From positions 3,410,001-3,474,000 of the forward strand of contig OX597833.1 of assembly GCA_951406725.2 (NCBI GenBank): a DNA stretch of 64,000 bases. Reading direction: 5' to 3'. Below, in pieces: positions 30,686 to 45,834 of the stretch. The stretch comes from Octopus vulgaris (Eukaryota). A program made the translations under genes and the position numbers. The notes under the pieces are model-generated. The model did no database searches. It saw nothing but the letters and a program-made list of their open reading frames with translations, and was not told the origin of the DNA. Position 1 is the stretch's first letter, and the number at the start of each line of letters is the position of its first letter.

Positions 30686-30986
30686 ATATGTAGGAGTCTT
30701 TTAAAAGTATTTATTAACTTAACCGGTTTCACTTATTTCAAAAGATTTTCAAAAGTAAAGGCTGAGGTTTTGTGTATCCTCTGCAGTGTCAAAAATTAGT
30801 TTACAAAAATGTTTTCAAATCAAGTGATCGAGTCTTTGACAATAATAAGAAAGGTTTTGAGGCTTTGCATATTTTCTGTGATGTAAAGGATACACAGAGG
30901 ATACACAAAACCTCACACATTACTTTTGAAAATCTTTTTAAATAAGTGAAACCGGTGAGGTTAATACTTTAAAAAGACTCCCGCAT
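30686..30986. repeat. Inverted repeat (~95-bp arms), each arm with a U3-A8 HHR-like motif (30717-30756 -, 30922-30961 +)
   Basis: Left arm, minus strand: ACUU UUGAAAA uCUUuugaaauAAGu GAAA CCGG UU AAGU. Right arm has G at position 17. Helix II is weak. Confidence 0.65.
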
Positions 30987-31075
30987 TTTTGGATCCTTTT
31001 CCTTATATTTTTACTTGTGTGGTCACACCCAACTTTTCTTTGTTATATATACATACACATGCATGTATTTTATTA

Positions 31076-31174
31076 ATAATTGGCAGAAGTTACGTAGTGA
31101 CTTGGATGCCAAGAGTTTCGTGTTTTGGCTTGAAACTCTTAGACTTAAAGTCACTCTTAACTTCTGCCAATTAT
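31076..31174. repeat. 99-nt hairpin/palindrome
   Basis: ATAATTGGCAGAAGTTA/TAACTTCTGCCAATTAT (17 bp), AGTGACTT/AAGTCACT, AAGAGTTTC/GAAACTCTT, 12-nt loop. Confidence 0.8.
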
Positions 31175-32147
31175 AAATAAAAAAATGTATATATACTCAG
31201 GTTTTGAGTTTTATTTTCTTGTTTGCATCAACAAACATATATGTATATTTACACATACACACACGCACATACACATACACAGACACACACACACACATGC
31301 TCATATATATGCACACATGCATATTACACGCACATACACATATTTCCAATGAAATATAAGTCTGTATGCGTGTGTATGTGTGTGAGCACATATATAATAT
31401 ATATACACATATTATATATGTGTATTCATATGTATATATATTTATACACATATGTATATACATTTGTGTATATATATGTATATATATATACACACACACA
31501 CATATTATATATACATATACATATGTGTGTGTGTGTGTGTGTGTGTGTATTCATATGCATACATATCTGTACTTCCTTTCTGCATATAAAACCGTATGCT
31601 AATGCTTTTGGCCTTTTGAGTTCAGGTAATTCTTGCAAATTTCAGTCATCTTAACAAATGTTTTCCACTGAATTCAACCGTGAGAGAGACAGACTGGCCA
31701 CTATGCATAGACAGAGACATACATAAAAACAGATACATAGAGAGAGAGACAAGCAAGCAGGCAAGCAGGAAGGGAAAAAATATCACATAAAGTCATAAAG
31801 GTCAGCGTCTTCCAGAAGTAAACATCTCTTCAGTAAGCAGCGTAAAAGACAATATTCTAGAACAAAAGCTTCTCTATAGATTATACCAGTAATTATATAC
31901 GTTGATACCGGTAATTTTTGGTGTACTTGTTTGTATTGGTAAATGTTTCAGTGGCAGTCTAGAAAACCGAGGAATTTCCAAGCAAGAAAGGGATCAGCTA
32001 AGTATATAGTTAATAGCTCTATATAGTGACCGAGCTCAAAAGGCTGATCCCCCGGTTGGCTTAGTGGTTAGGGTGTTGCACTCATGATCTAGCGATTGTG
32101 AGTTCAATTCCTAGACTGGTTGAGTTCTTGAGCAAATCACTTCATCT

Positions 32148-32384
32148 CTGTGGCCATGCTGGAGCACTGCTTTTAGTCGACCAAAATCAACCCCAGGACT
32201 TATTCTTTGTAAACCTAGTACTTATTCTATCGGTCTCTTTTGCCAAACCACTAAGTTACGGGGATGTAAACACACCAGATTCAGTTGTCAAGCGATGTTG
32301 GGGGGACAAACACAGTCACACAAATATATACATATATATAGAGAGAGAGTGATATAGATAGATATAGATATAGATAGATAGATC

Positions 32385-32421
<37 letters not shown>

Positions 32422-32427
32422 GCAGAC

Positions 32428-32459
<32 letters not shown>

Positions 32460-32660
32460 GTAGACTGATTGATAGATAGATAGATAGATAGATACATGAC
32501 GGTTGTCCTAAGGTTTCCGTCTACCAAATCCACTCACAAGGGTTTGGTTAGCCTGAGGCTATAGTAGAAGACACTTGCCCAAGATGCCACGCAGTGGAAC
32601 TGAACCTCAAACCATATGGTTGGTAAGCAATCTACTTACCACACACCCACTTCTACGCCT
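32148..32660 (-). mobile_element. SINE family A with internal (GATA)n, joined to a family D SINE head (32056-32147, +)
   Basis: Family A blocks on the minus strand; the upstream head has TGGCTTAGTGGTTAGGG and GAGTTCAATTCC. Confidence 0.8.
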
Positions 32661-32969
32661 GTATGTGTGTGTGTGTGTAATATATGTATATGGATAATGC
32701 AAATGGAGTTACGAATAGTCAAGGGATCCCAGAGAAAAGAACCTGCCAAAGAGTCAGACCAAGGATGCTGCAAGAAGATGTAGGAAGAGAGGGGGGGCAT
32801 CCATAGGAACTGGAACCCAGAAGAAAACAAGAAGAAAAACATTAAGAAATGACAAGTCGTTCTAATGGAGTGTAAACCTGACCAATCCATTCCGACTTCG
32901 ACAAACTGATGCTAAAATAACGGAACTGACATTCACAATGACATCATCATACATATATATATATATATA

Positions 32970-33017
<48 letters not shown>

Positions 33018-33135
33018 AGAGAGAGAGGTGAGAGAGAGGGACAGCAAATGAGAACATAATATTGTTTTATGTGTGTGTGTGTGTTATATGTTTATATATA
33101 TTTCTTATATATATATTTATATTTATACACACGCA

Positions 33136-33178
<43 letters not shown>

Positions 33179-33184
33179 TATATA

Positions 33185-33249
<65 letters not shown>

Positions 33250-33564
33250 GTATATTTTCCTAAAAATAAAAGATTACATAATTACACATACATTATGTAT
33301 TGCATAATTATATGTGTGTCTGTGCATGTGTGGTGTGTGTGTCTGTGTGTTATTATTCTATGTTTATAAATATTGCTTGTACACAAAAAAATCATATACA
33401 TATATAAACACACACACACACACACATATATAATTATTAAACTATGTCATTGTATGAAAAAATTTATAACATTCTTCAGACATAATGACTCAAATATATA
33501 TATATACATATTATATAAACATATATGTAACCAGAGCCAGTATGGAAATTGGATGTTAAGGTGG

Positions 33565-33677
<113 letters not shown>

Positions 33678-33992
33678 CAAACACATATTTTTATATTTGT
33701 GTGTCAGTGTTTGTGCCCCCACCATCAGTTAACAACCAATGTTGGTGTGTTTATGTCCCCATAACTTAGCGGTTTGGCAAAAGAGTCCAACAGAATAAGT
33801 ACTAGGCTTACAAAGAGTAAGTCCTGGGGTCGATTTGTTCATCTAAAGGTGGTGCTCCAGCATGGGCGCAACCAGATGACTGAAATAAAAAATAAAAGAA
33901 TAAAAGAATATACATGTGTGTATTTGTGTGTGTGTGTATGTGTGGGTAGGTGTGCATGGGTGTACATGTGTATATGTGGAGCACATGTTTGT

Positions 33993-34052
<60 letters not shown>

Positions 34053-34158
34053 TGATATAAATCCACATACATATATGCAACCACTGACACAATCATACAG
34101 AACCACTTCATCCCCCCACTTTACTCAAGAAATATGCCCCAGGAGGAACAGTTTTACT

Positions 34159-34327
34159 CAGGGCTATCTCAACAGCATTACTGGCCCCTGGGCAGATCAA
34201 TAGACTGGGCCCCGTTTTATTTATTTGTTGACGACTGACCATGGCATACATACATCAAAATTGGACCCCTAAACTCGTGTGGCCCTCGGGTAACTGTCCA
34301 ATGTCCCCGTGTCTTAAGACGGTACTG
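34159..34327. mobile_element. hAT-type MITE
   Basis: Imperfect TIRs CAGGGCTATCTCA / TAAGACGGTACTG; GGCCCC subterminal motifs; partial 8-bp TSD (GTTTTACT/AGTGTACT). Confidence 0.5.
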
Positions 34328-34344
34328 AGTGTACTGCGTAATAC

Positions 34345-35830
<1,486 letters not shown>

Positions 35831-36330
35831 CAGGAATTTTCTCCCTCTTTCTCTCCTCTCTCTCTCTCCCTCTCTCTCTCTCTCACTAATTTGTTTTCTT
35901 TTAGTGCTATATTGTGAAGGTACAGAGCTCATGAGACTCATGATCATAAGGTCATCAGTTCGATTTCTAGTGAATCATTGTGTCCTTGAGCAAGACACTT
36001 TACCCCACATTGCTCCAGTCCACTCAGCCGGTGGCATGTAAAAGCACCCATTACACTCTCAGAGAGGTTGGTGCTAGGCAGGACATCCACCCATAGAAAA
36101 CCATGCCAAATCATGCAGGAGCCTCCAACGGCCTTCTAGTGATCCAGCCCTGGTCAAACCGTCCAACCCATGTCAGCATAGACAATGGACATTTGATGAT
36201 GATGACGATGTATAATGTACTGTTCTGTGACAGAGAGATCAGCAAGAAAAGTACTCCATCTGGTGAGAGATAAATATTATTTATTTAAAGGACACAATAC
36301 ATGTTTTTAAGTGCTACGTATAGTTTCATA

Positions 36331-37048
36331 TACTCTTTTCTCTTTTACTTGTTTCAGTCATTTGACTGTGGCCATGCTGGAGCACCGCCTTTAGTCGAGC
36401 ATATCGACCCCGGGACTTATTCTTTGTAAGCCCTGTACTTATTCTATCGGTCTCTTTTGCCGAACCGCTGAGTGACGGGGACATAAACACACCAGCATCA
36501 GTTGTCAAGCAATGCTAGGGGGACAGCCACAGACACACAAACACATACACACACACGCAACCACCTCACCAACAACAACACTGAACACCTTTTTGATCTC
36601 CATGTGTCTAACAGACGTGGACATGCCTACAAAGTCAGAAAACAACACAGCTCCCATGACTTTCGGAAACATTTTTTTACGCTCAGAGTTGCTGAAGCAT
36701 GGAATAAACTGCCTGCGTCAGTTGTTGACTGCCATGACACTGCATCCTTTAAGGCCCTCATGCTTTCCGAAATCCGCCGAAACTACACCTGATTATATAT
36801 ACACTTTAGATGAGTTATAGTGCACCTGACCACTGTATACAATTATTATTATTATTATTATATATACTTACGTATATACGACAGGCTTCTTTCAGTTTCC
36901 GTCTACCAAATCCACTCACAAGGCATTGGTTGGCCAGGGGAAATAGCAGAAGACACTTTGCCCAAGATGCCATGCATGATGATGATGATGAAGAATGGAA
37001 CCATGTGGTTGGTAAACAAGCTACTTACCACACAGCCACTCCTGCGCC
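36331..37048 (-). mobile_element. SINE family A interrupted by a CR1-type LINE 3' end
   Basis: 3' half at 36331-36557, 5' half at ~36875-37048. Confidence 0.85.
36558..36860 (+). mobile_element. CR1/L2-clade LINE ORF2 C-terminus + 3' UTR with (TTA)n tail
   Basis: SNRRGHAYKVRKQHSSHDFRKHFFTLRVAEAWNKLPASVVDCHDTASFK matches the CR1 TRGHxxK...RxxFFxxRVxxxWNxLPxxVV...FK motif; stop at 36792. Confidence 0.85.
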
Positions 37049-37286
37049 TATGTTGAGAAATACCTCAAACATATTCATCAGACACAAACCAAGAAAAAAG
37101 AAAAAACTGATTAAGAGAAGAAATAGGAGAAAGCTGAGGAGGCAGTATATGATGTGGGTGGAAAAGGGGTCAATACATCATATCAGTTACAGATTGGGTC
37201 TGGTAGATAATATACATATGTCATTAATCATTAATCATGAATGATTGTAAACTGCTATTTCAAGGTAATGTAGGAATGAACACAAA

Positions 37287-37347
<61 letters not shown>

Positions 37348-37541
37348 AGATATATATATAGATATATATATATATATATATACGTATATATATTGATTAG
37401 TTATAGGATTCATTAAGGTTTATCAACAAGTGGGAGGCCAGGATCGATTGGGTACCATAATATTGATTGACCAGTAAGGGAAAACAATCATTACGTGTCA
37501 TTTGTTGGTAGTATACTGCTGATATATATATACATATATAT

Positions 37542-37579
<38 letters not shown>

Positions 37580-37581
<2 letters not shown>

Positions 37582-37813
37582 TCTTTTACTCTTTTACTCC
37601 AGTCATTTGACTGTGGCCGTGCTGGAGCACCGCCTTTAGTCGAACAAATCGACTCCAGGACTTATTCTTTGTAAGCCTAGTACTTATTCAATCGGTGTCA
37701 TTTGCTGAACCACTAAGTTACAGGGACGTAAACACACCACCATCAGTTGTTAAGCGATGGTGGGGAACAGACACAAATGCATACATATATACATATACAT
37801 ATATATATGTATG

Positions 37814-37877
<64 letters not shown>

Positions 37878-37907
37878 ATATGTATATATATATATATATT
37901 TATATAT

Positions 37908-37955
<48 letters not shown>

Positions 37956-38052
37956 GTATATATATACTACAGGCTTCTTTTAGTTTCCGTCTACCAAATT
38001 CACTGACAAGGCTTTGGTCAGCCCGAGGGTATAGTAGAAGACATTTGCCTTG
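37580..38052 (-). mobile_element. SINE family A (head truncated)
   Basis: Family A blocks on the minus strand around a (TA)n/(CA)n core. Confidence 0.8.
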
Positions 38053-38081
38053 GTTTCAGGTGCGGTGTATGTATAAACTAT

Positions 38082-38369
38082 GAACACAAAAGGTGTTTAA
38101 AATTTCCTACAGCTGTTTCAGTAGCATTTTATTGATACATTCATAAATTACATCATAGCATACATTCACCATCCTCAGGTGAAATTTCAAGTGCATTTAA
38201 ATAGGGGGAAAACTATATATTCGCTACAAGATACATGTATTGATCCGAAAGACTTCTTCTTGGTGTCTGTTGGTGAATGGGTCGTCTTCTATAGTTTACC
38301 CTGCCTGTGAATCTATTAATAAAATGCTACTGACACAGCTGTAGTCAATTTGAAACTCCACTTGTGTTC
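38082..38369. repeat. Imperfect inverted repeat containing an HHR-like motif (38102-38186, -)
   Basis: Arms CTACAGCTGTTTCAGTAGCATTTTATT / AATAAAATGCTACTGACACAGCTGTAG. Minus strand AUUUCac CUGAGGA ...long insert... GAAA CAGCUG UA GGAAAU. Confidence 0.55.
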
Positions 38370-38494
38370 TTATTTCGTGTGTGTGTGTGTTTATACATAA
38401 ATACATTTATAGTTAGATAGATAGATCAATAGATAAATAGATAGTTAGACAGACACAATCAGAAAGACAGACAGACAAACAGATAGATAGACAG

Positions 38495-38543
<49 letters not shown>

Positions 38544-38554
38544 TAGATAGATAT

Positions 38555-38624
<70 letters not shown>

Positions 38625-38758
38625 AGATAGTTAAACAGACACAATCAGAAAGACAGATAGACAGACAGACAGGCAGACAGACAGACAGACAGACAGACAG
38701 ATAGATAGACAGACAGACAAACAGACAGACAGATAGATATAAGAAATAGATAGATAGG

Positions 38759-38829
<71 letters not shown>

Positions 38830-38864
38830 GTAGATAGATAGATAGATAGACAGGCAGATAGAGG

Positions 38865-38896
<32 letters not shown>

Positions 38897-39144
38897 TAGG
38901 TAGACAGACCCAGGCTTGTATGGACAGGATGATGGATGGATGGATGGATGGATAGATAGATACATACATACATACATACATACATACATACATTGGTAGA
39001 TAGATTGGTAGATGCAGGTGTTCACAGGAAATAAATAACTCACTGCTCCAACCTAATCAATAAACCATAGTGGGGGTCTGCTGTAGATAGATAGAAAGAC
39101 AGACAGACAGACTGAACTATTGACAGACAGACAGACAGATCATG

Positions 39145-39179
<35 letters not shown>

Positions 39180-39323
39180 CTTTATTGACTTGCGTACACT
39201 ATATGAAATCAACTTTGTGTGTGATTGTGTGTGTGTGTTTGTGTATATGTATGTATATTAAATATATGGATGGATGGATGTATGGATATGATACATACAT
39301 ACATGCAAGCATATTTGCATATA

Positions 39324-39375
<52 letters not shown>

Positions 39376-40013
39376 CACGCAATATAAAAAAGATAGATAC
39401 ATATATATATATTTATAACAATATACATATATACACACATGCACATACATTATACATACGCATATTACATAATACATTGTGTGTGTGTATATATATATAT
39501 GTGTGTGTATGTGTGTGTGTGTGAGTGTATGTATATATGTGCATGTGTATATATACTATATATTTACCAATATGCATACATATATATGTATGTATATGTA
39601 TATATGTATACATATAAATATATATGTATATATATATATACATGCATACATGTACATGCACACACACACACATATACACACACATGCACATGCACACACA
39701 CACATATACACACACATGCGCACACGGTAATACCCTACTTAGCACCAACTCTGAATCTCCATAGAACATTTTTTTCATCTTCAATGAAGCAACACTACAT
39801 TATTGTAACCATCAAGGACCCTTGGGAATTTCACGTTTTATCTCATCTTCATCATCATCACAATCATCGTCATCGTCATCATCATCATCAATACCATCGT
39901 CGTCATCATCATCATCATCATCATCAGTGTTGCCCTCATCATCATCATCAGCAGCATTGCCATTGTTGTTAACATCATCATCATCATCACCATCATCATC
40001 ATAATTGTCACCG

Positions 40014-40069
<56 letters not shown>

Positions 40070-40754
40070 GTCATCATCATCATCGTCATCATCATCATCG
40101 TCATCATCATCATCGTCATCATCATCGTCATCATCATCATCGTCATCATCATCACCGCCATCATCATCATCGTCATCATCATCATCTTCATCATCATCAT
40201 CGTTTTCATCAGCGTTGTCTTCGATCTTGTCACCATCAGCATTGTCATCGTCATCATCATATAAATGACCACTCTTCCATGCTTGCATTTGTCTGATTGA
40301 ATTTATTGAGGCAAGTCTGATATGGCTGGACATCCTTCCTATCATCACCCACACACACACACACACACACACATCTGTTTCCAAGCAAGGTCATATTTCT
40401 AAAGATTGCTTCAGTTCAATGGTAGAACATCTGTCATGTTTTGTGAAGATGTAAGTTCAAATCCCTCAGACACTCTTTGACTTTTTCCATCCAAAAGGTG
40501 TTTTTAGCCTAATATCTACACACTATTACTTATAGCTTTATCTACTTCGAGTTCCACTGTTAAAAACAAATTACTTCATGTTGCTCAAAATTTCTAATTT
40601 CTTGCCTGGTTCAGATGGAACTTATTGAGGTGGCTGGATGCCTTCTCTGTCACCAACCTTTACTTGTTTCTGAGTAAGGTAATATTACCCCCAAGGCCAG
40701 ACATGTTTTCAAGGAAAATTGGACACCACACGCATGAGAATAATATAGAAAACA

Positions 40755-41610
40755 GCATTTGAGTGTGGTCATTGCCAGTGCCACTGGACTGGTTCCCGTG
40801 CAGGTAGCACGTAAAAAACACGATTTGAGCATGGTTGTTGCCAGTGGCACCAGACTGGCTCCTATGCAGGTAGCATGTAGAAAACACCTTTTGAGTGTGG
40901 TCATTGCCAGTACGACCTGACTGGCCCTTGTACTGGTGACACGTAAAAAGCACCCACTACACTCTCGGAGTGGTTGGCGTTAGGAAGGGCATCCAGCTGT
41001 AGAAACTTTGCCAGATCAGATTGGAATCTGGTGCAGCCATCTGGTTCGCCAGTCCTCAGTCAAATCATCCAATCCATGCCAGCATGGAAAGCGGATGTTA
41101 AACAATGATGATGATGTGTAACACACACACACACACACACACACCCAGCTGCATGAAGAAGTGCTGATCTCTAACTGAAGGGAACCTGTGGGAGAGGAAG
41201 GCCCAGAAAGGCATGGGATGAGATGGTGAAGCATGATCTTCAAATGTTGGGTCACAAGGGATCAATGACACGTGACCAAGACCTTTGTTGGTTTGCTGCG
41301 TTTGAAAAGACATGTGAAGCCAGGTGAAATTGTAGTCATGGCCGGTACCAGTCACACTTAATGGCACCTGTGCCGATAACACATAAAAGGCACCCATGCC
41401 GGTGACATGTAAAATGTATTTGTGCCAGTGACACGTAAAAGGCATCCACCACATACTTGGCGTGGTTGGCATCAGGAAAGGTATCCAGCTGTAGAAATCA
41501 AACCAAAATCAGAGTGGAGCCTGGTAAAGCTCTCTGGCATACCAGTTCCAGCCAAACCGTCTAACCCTTGTCGTTATTGAAAACAGACATTAAACGATGA
41601 TGATGATGAT
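40755..41610 (+). mobile_element. Two tandem RTE 3' ends; the second retains the ORF2 C-terminus (~41150-41330)
   Basis: GTCGRGRPRKAWDEMVKHDLQMLG..MTRDQDL.W; both end in (GAT)n tails. Confidence 0.8.
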
Positions 41611-41636
41611 AATAAATATATGATAATAAATATATA

Positions 41637-41801
41637 GGCACAGGAGTGGCTGTGTGGTAAGTAGCTTGCTTACCAACCACATGGTTCTGGGTTCAGTCCC
41701 ACTGCGTGGCATCTTGGGCAAGTGTCTTCTGCTATAGCCTTGGGCCGACCAAAGCCTTGTGAGTGGATTTGGTAGACGGAAACTCAAAGAAGCCTGTTGT
41801 A

Positions 41802-41844
<43 letters not shown>

Positions 41845-42063
41845 TTGTGTGTCTGTGTTTGTCCCTCTAGCATTGCTTGACAACCCATGCAGGTGTGTTT
41901 ACGTCCCCGTTACTTAGCGGCTCGGCAAAAGAGACCGATAGAATAAGTACTGGGCTTACAAAGAATAAGTTCCGGGGTCGATTTGCTCGACTAAAGGCGG
42001 TGCTCCAGCATGGCCGCAGTCAAATGACTGAAACAAGTAAAAGAGTAAAAGTGTAAAAGAGAG
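41637..42063 (+). mobile_element. SINE family A, well-preserved copy
   Basis: Full head, internal (TA)n(TG)n, (TAAAAG)n tail. Confidence 0.9.
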
Positions 42064-42322
42064 TATGTGTGTGTGTATGAGTATCCAACCTTAATCTACA
42101 CACGTTTTGTTCCTCTTTTCATCCGTGTTCTCTCTTCATTTCTTTCTGTACAAGGATGTAGGCTCGAAATGTCAAAAGACTTTCCCTTTTTTCCTGATCA
42201 TCAAACTAATACATTCGCTCCCTCACCTATCTCTGTCTTTTGTTTTCTCTTCGATTTTAAACATATACATACAGACAGACAGACAGACATACATACATAC
42301 ATACGTACATACACACACACAT

Positions 42323-42355
<33 letters not shown>

Positions 42356-42548
42356 TACACATATACATATACACATATATGTATATGTATACACACACAT
42401 ATATATATATATATGCTTATACATCTAATATACATATATCTATATTTATATATATGTACATGTGCATGTGCATATATATATATATGTGTGTGTGTGTGTA
42501 TATGTATATGTGCATATGTATATATATAACGTATATATATATATAATG

Positions 42549-42579
<31 letters not shown>

Positions 42580-42784
42580 GTATATATATATATGTATATG
42601 TATATATATGTATATGTATATGTGCATATGTATATATATGTGTGTGTGCGTATATATATGTATATGTGTATATATATATACACACATATACATATATATA
42701 TGCACATATGCATATACATATATATACTTATATATATGCATATGTGTATATGTAAATATATATATATATGCATAAATATACATA

Positions 42785-42822
<38 letters not shown>

Positions 42823-43220
42823 CAGACATATATATGTATGTGTATATGATTCAAATAAAGACTACACCTTCAGAATTCTTTTATTTTTCAACAAGACAAA
42901 GAAACAATAATAATAATAATAATATTTTATTGATTGATTTTTTTTTTATCAATTAAAAAAGGAACATACAACAACAAAAAAACTATCCTTTCATTTCTTT
43001 ATTTGCTGTATTCCATTCTTGTTATAGTCGTTGTTGTTGTTGTTGCTGTTTTGTTCTCCTTCAATTCAGAGTTCTTTTGTTTTATATTTATGTGGAATTA
43101 TTTCAGTGTCTTTTTATCTTTGTTTCTTCACTACAACTGTGATGATTATAATTATATTTCATGTGTGTGTCTGTGTGTGTGTGTGTGTATGCACACATAT
43201 ATATATATGCACACACACAG

Positions 43221-43251
<31 letters not shown>

Positions 43252-43507
43252 CATACACACACTCATCATGGGCACCTTTTTGTCTGCCAATTCCACTCAT
43301 AAGTCTTTGGGTGACCGGAGGCTATAGGCTTTAATAGAATACACCAGCCCAAGGTGCCACACAGTGGGACTGAACCTGGAGCCATGTGATTGGGAAGCAA
43401 GCTTCTTACAAGACACCCATACCTATATACGTATGAAGATGGGCTTCTTTCAGTTTTCCATTACCAAATCCACTGGCAAAATGTTGGTCAGCCTAAGGAT
43501 ATACTAC

Positions 43508-43932
43508 TGTGTTTTTGAAACTTTTTTGTCGTGACCCTTTTTATTTATCTTGTGATCCACTGAAGGGTCAGGACCCACAATTTGAAAAATGCTGGTTTAT
43601 ATTCTGTACTTTGTACCCTCTTACGTATTTTTTGTTTCCTTCTTTTTTATCATGACCCATTTTATTTATCTTGTGACCCACTGAAGGGTTGGGACCCACA
43701 GTTTAAAAAACGTTGGTTTATATTCTGCTCTTTGCACCCACTTGTGGTTTTTCTTTCCCCCTTTTTTATCATGACCCATAGAAGGGTTGGGACCCATAGT
43801 GTGAAAAACGCTGGTTTATATTCTGTGCTCTGCACCCACTTGAGTTTTTTCTATCCTCCTTTTTTATCTCGACCCATTTTATTTATCTTGCGACCCACTG
43901 AAGGGTTGAGACCCATAGTTTGAAAAATGCTG
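43508..43932. mobile_element. hAT (Charlie-like) MITE with ~4 tandem ~110-130-bp units, inserted in a SINE A remnant
   Basis: Left end CTGTGTTTTTGAAAC; recurring GACCCA..GAAGGGT.GGGACCCA.AGTTTGAAAAA.GCTG right ends at ~43592, 43714, 43813 and 43932. Confidence 0.6.
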
Positions 43933-44269
43933 CTATAATAACAGACATTTTCCCAAATTGCTGCGCTGTGTGATTGAACCTAGAGCTATGGTGTTTTGGA
44001 ACAAGCTTCATATCACACAACCATTCATTTTGGAACTGTGAATCTTGAATAAGATAAAGCTACAAACAATAGTGTATAAATATTAGGTTTAAAAAACGCC
44101 CTTTGAATAGAAAACGTTGAAGGTTTTTCTTTGGTTTTAGAATTGATAGTGACTTTGAAGTATCACTTCAACCAGTTTGCCATACATCACTAAGCATTAT
44201 TCAAATATTTTTTATTCTCAGCATCAAATTCCTTGTATTCCATTACCAAACAAAGACAAATTCAAAGAC

Positions 44270-44490
44270 AAAATTACTCCATCCTAAAATCTGTGAAATT
44301 TTGAGAAATCTTCAAAAAATAACAATGAAGAAATGGTGTAATAATCAAATAGATTGTTTCTGATGCAGAAAATGGCACATTGTGAAAAGAAGTGTAAAAA
44401 TAGGGCAGCGAGATTTCAATACATCATCAAGGAATATCAATACTGCAAAATACCGAATTCTTTAAATGGCATTAATCATAATTTATCTTT
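44270..44490 (+). mobile_element. Possible MULE transposase C-terminal fossil
   Basis: HPKIC..LRNLQK ... KKCKNRAARFQYIIKEYQ...SLNGINHNL loosely resembles the MULE HPxIWxF...KKY...R...IVxxY...YLxGIxHNL motif. Confidence 0.35.
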
Positions 44491-45099
44491 TTCATTCCTT
44501 TTTTTTTTAGATTTTTTTTTTGAAAATGTATTTTTCGTTTCTTCCAGTTTTAAATAATAAATAATATTATCTTTTTGCTGAGATATTTTTCTGCGGATTC
44601 TGTGTTTTTCAAAAGTAAATTTAATTTGTTAGTTTTTCACGCTCGTATGTCCATACTCACACACACACGCACGCACACATATATACATACGCATGCACAC
44701 ATACATATGCATGTACATACACACACACATATGCATAAGCATGCACACACACATATGCATGCACACACACACACACACATATGCATACACATGCACACAC
44801 ACATATGCATACGCATGCACACACATACACATGCACACAGACACACACACATACACATGCACACAGACACACACACATACACATGCACACAGACATACAC
44901 ACATACACATATGCATGCACATACACACAGAAATACACACACGAACATATATACACACACATGATATGTACATATATATGTGTGTGTGTGTAGATATATG
45001 TATTTATATGTGTGTGCATGTATATGCATGTGTATGTATGTATGTATCTATCTATGTATCTATCAATATGCATGTGTGTGTGTGCGTGTATGTATAAAG

Positions 45100-45166
<67 letters not shown>

Positions 45167-45404
45167 GTGTATGTAAATTTGAATTTAATAATAGGTTTTG
45201 ACTTTGAATATTTTTCATTTTTAATGAGTTGTGATGTGTTTACTCTGTGAAAAAAACTTCAAATAATATTTAGTGAAATATTTATTTTTGAAATATAAAT
45301 TTTAAATAGCGTTTTGTTTTAAGATGAGTTAATTCCATAATATTTAGAAATGAATTTATTCTGCTAATATTTTAGATGATCTTTAGCAATGTGTTTAGTC
45401 AGCC

Positions 45405-45700
45405 TGTTTGTTCCTTCTCGAGCCATTCCTGGCTCATAAGGGTTGGTTTCCCGGTTTCTTGGCATACCCACCTGGACGGGACACAGGTCCATCGCAGGTG
45501 AGCTGCAAGATGCTGGAAGAAAGAGTGAGAGAAAGTTGTGGCAAAAGAGTCAGCAGAAGTCTTGCCATTACCTTCTGCCGGATCCGCATGGAGCTTAGGT
45601 GTTTCGCTCATAAACACACACATCGCCAGGGCTGAGATTCGAACCCACGATCCCTCGACCGCGAATCCGCTGCTCTAACCACTAGGCCATGTGCTTCCAC
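45405..45700 (-). mobile_element. tRNA-derived SINE (full); tail fragment also at ~12325-12395; same head at 61850-61925
   Basis: Minus strand GTGGAAGCACATGGCCTAGTGGTTAGAGCAGCGG...GGGTTCGAATCTCAG (clear A and B boxes). Confidence 0.8.
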
Positions 45701-45834
45701 ATTTAGTCAGCCTGCATAAACTTGGAATAAGAATTTGGTGCTTTATTTAGTCTGTAAATAGAAACTTTAAAATAATGTATAGCGATGTATTTAGTCTGCC
45801 ATTCTAAACTTTAAAATAATATTCAGTTAGTATT

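Noticed and set aside
31990-32052. Short IR GGGATCAGC...GCTGATCCC
   Set aside because: Only 9 bp, with no TSD or second copy seen.
32690-32950. Possible LINE C-terminus (KWSYE..DPRE..RPR)
   Set aside because: Too degenerate to assign without an alignment.
45620-45700. Possible tRNA genes (also ~700-740, 27675, 32056, 40410, 61850)
   Set aside because: A/B boxes are present but there is no closed cloverleaf, and most run directly into SINE bodies.
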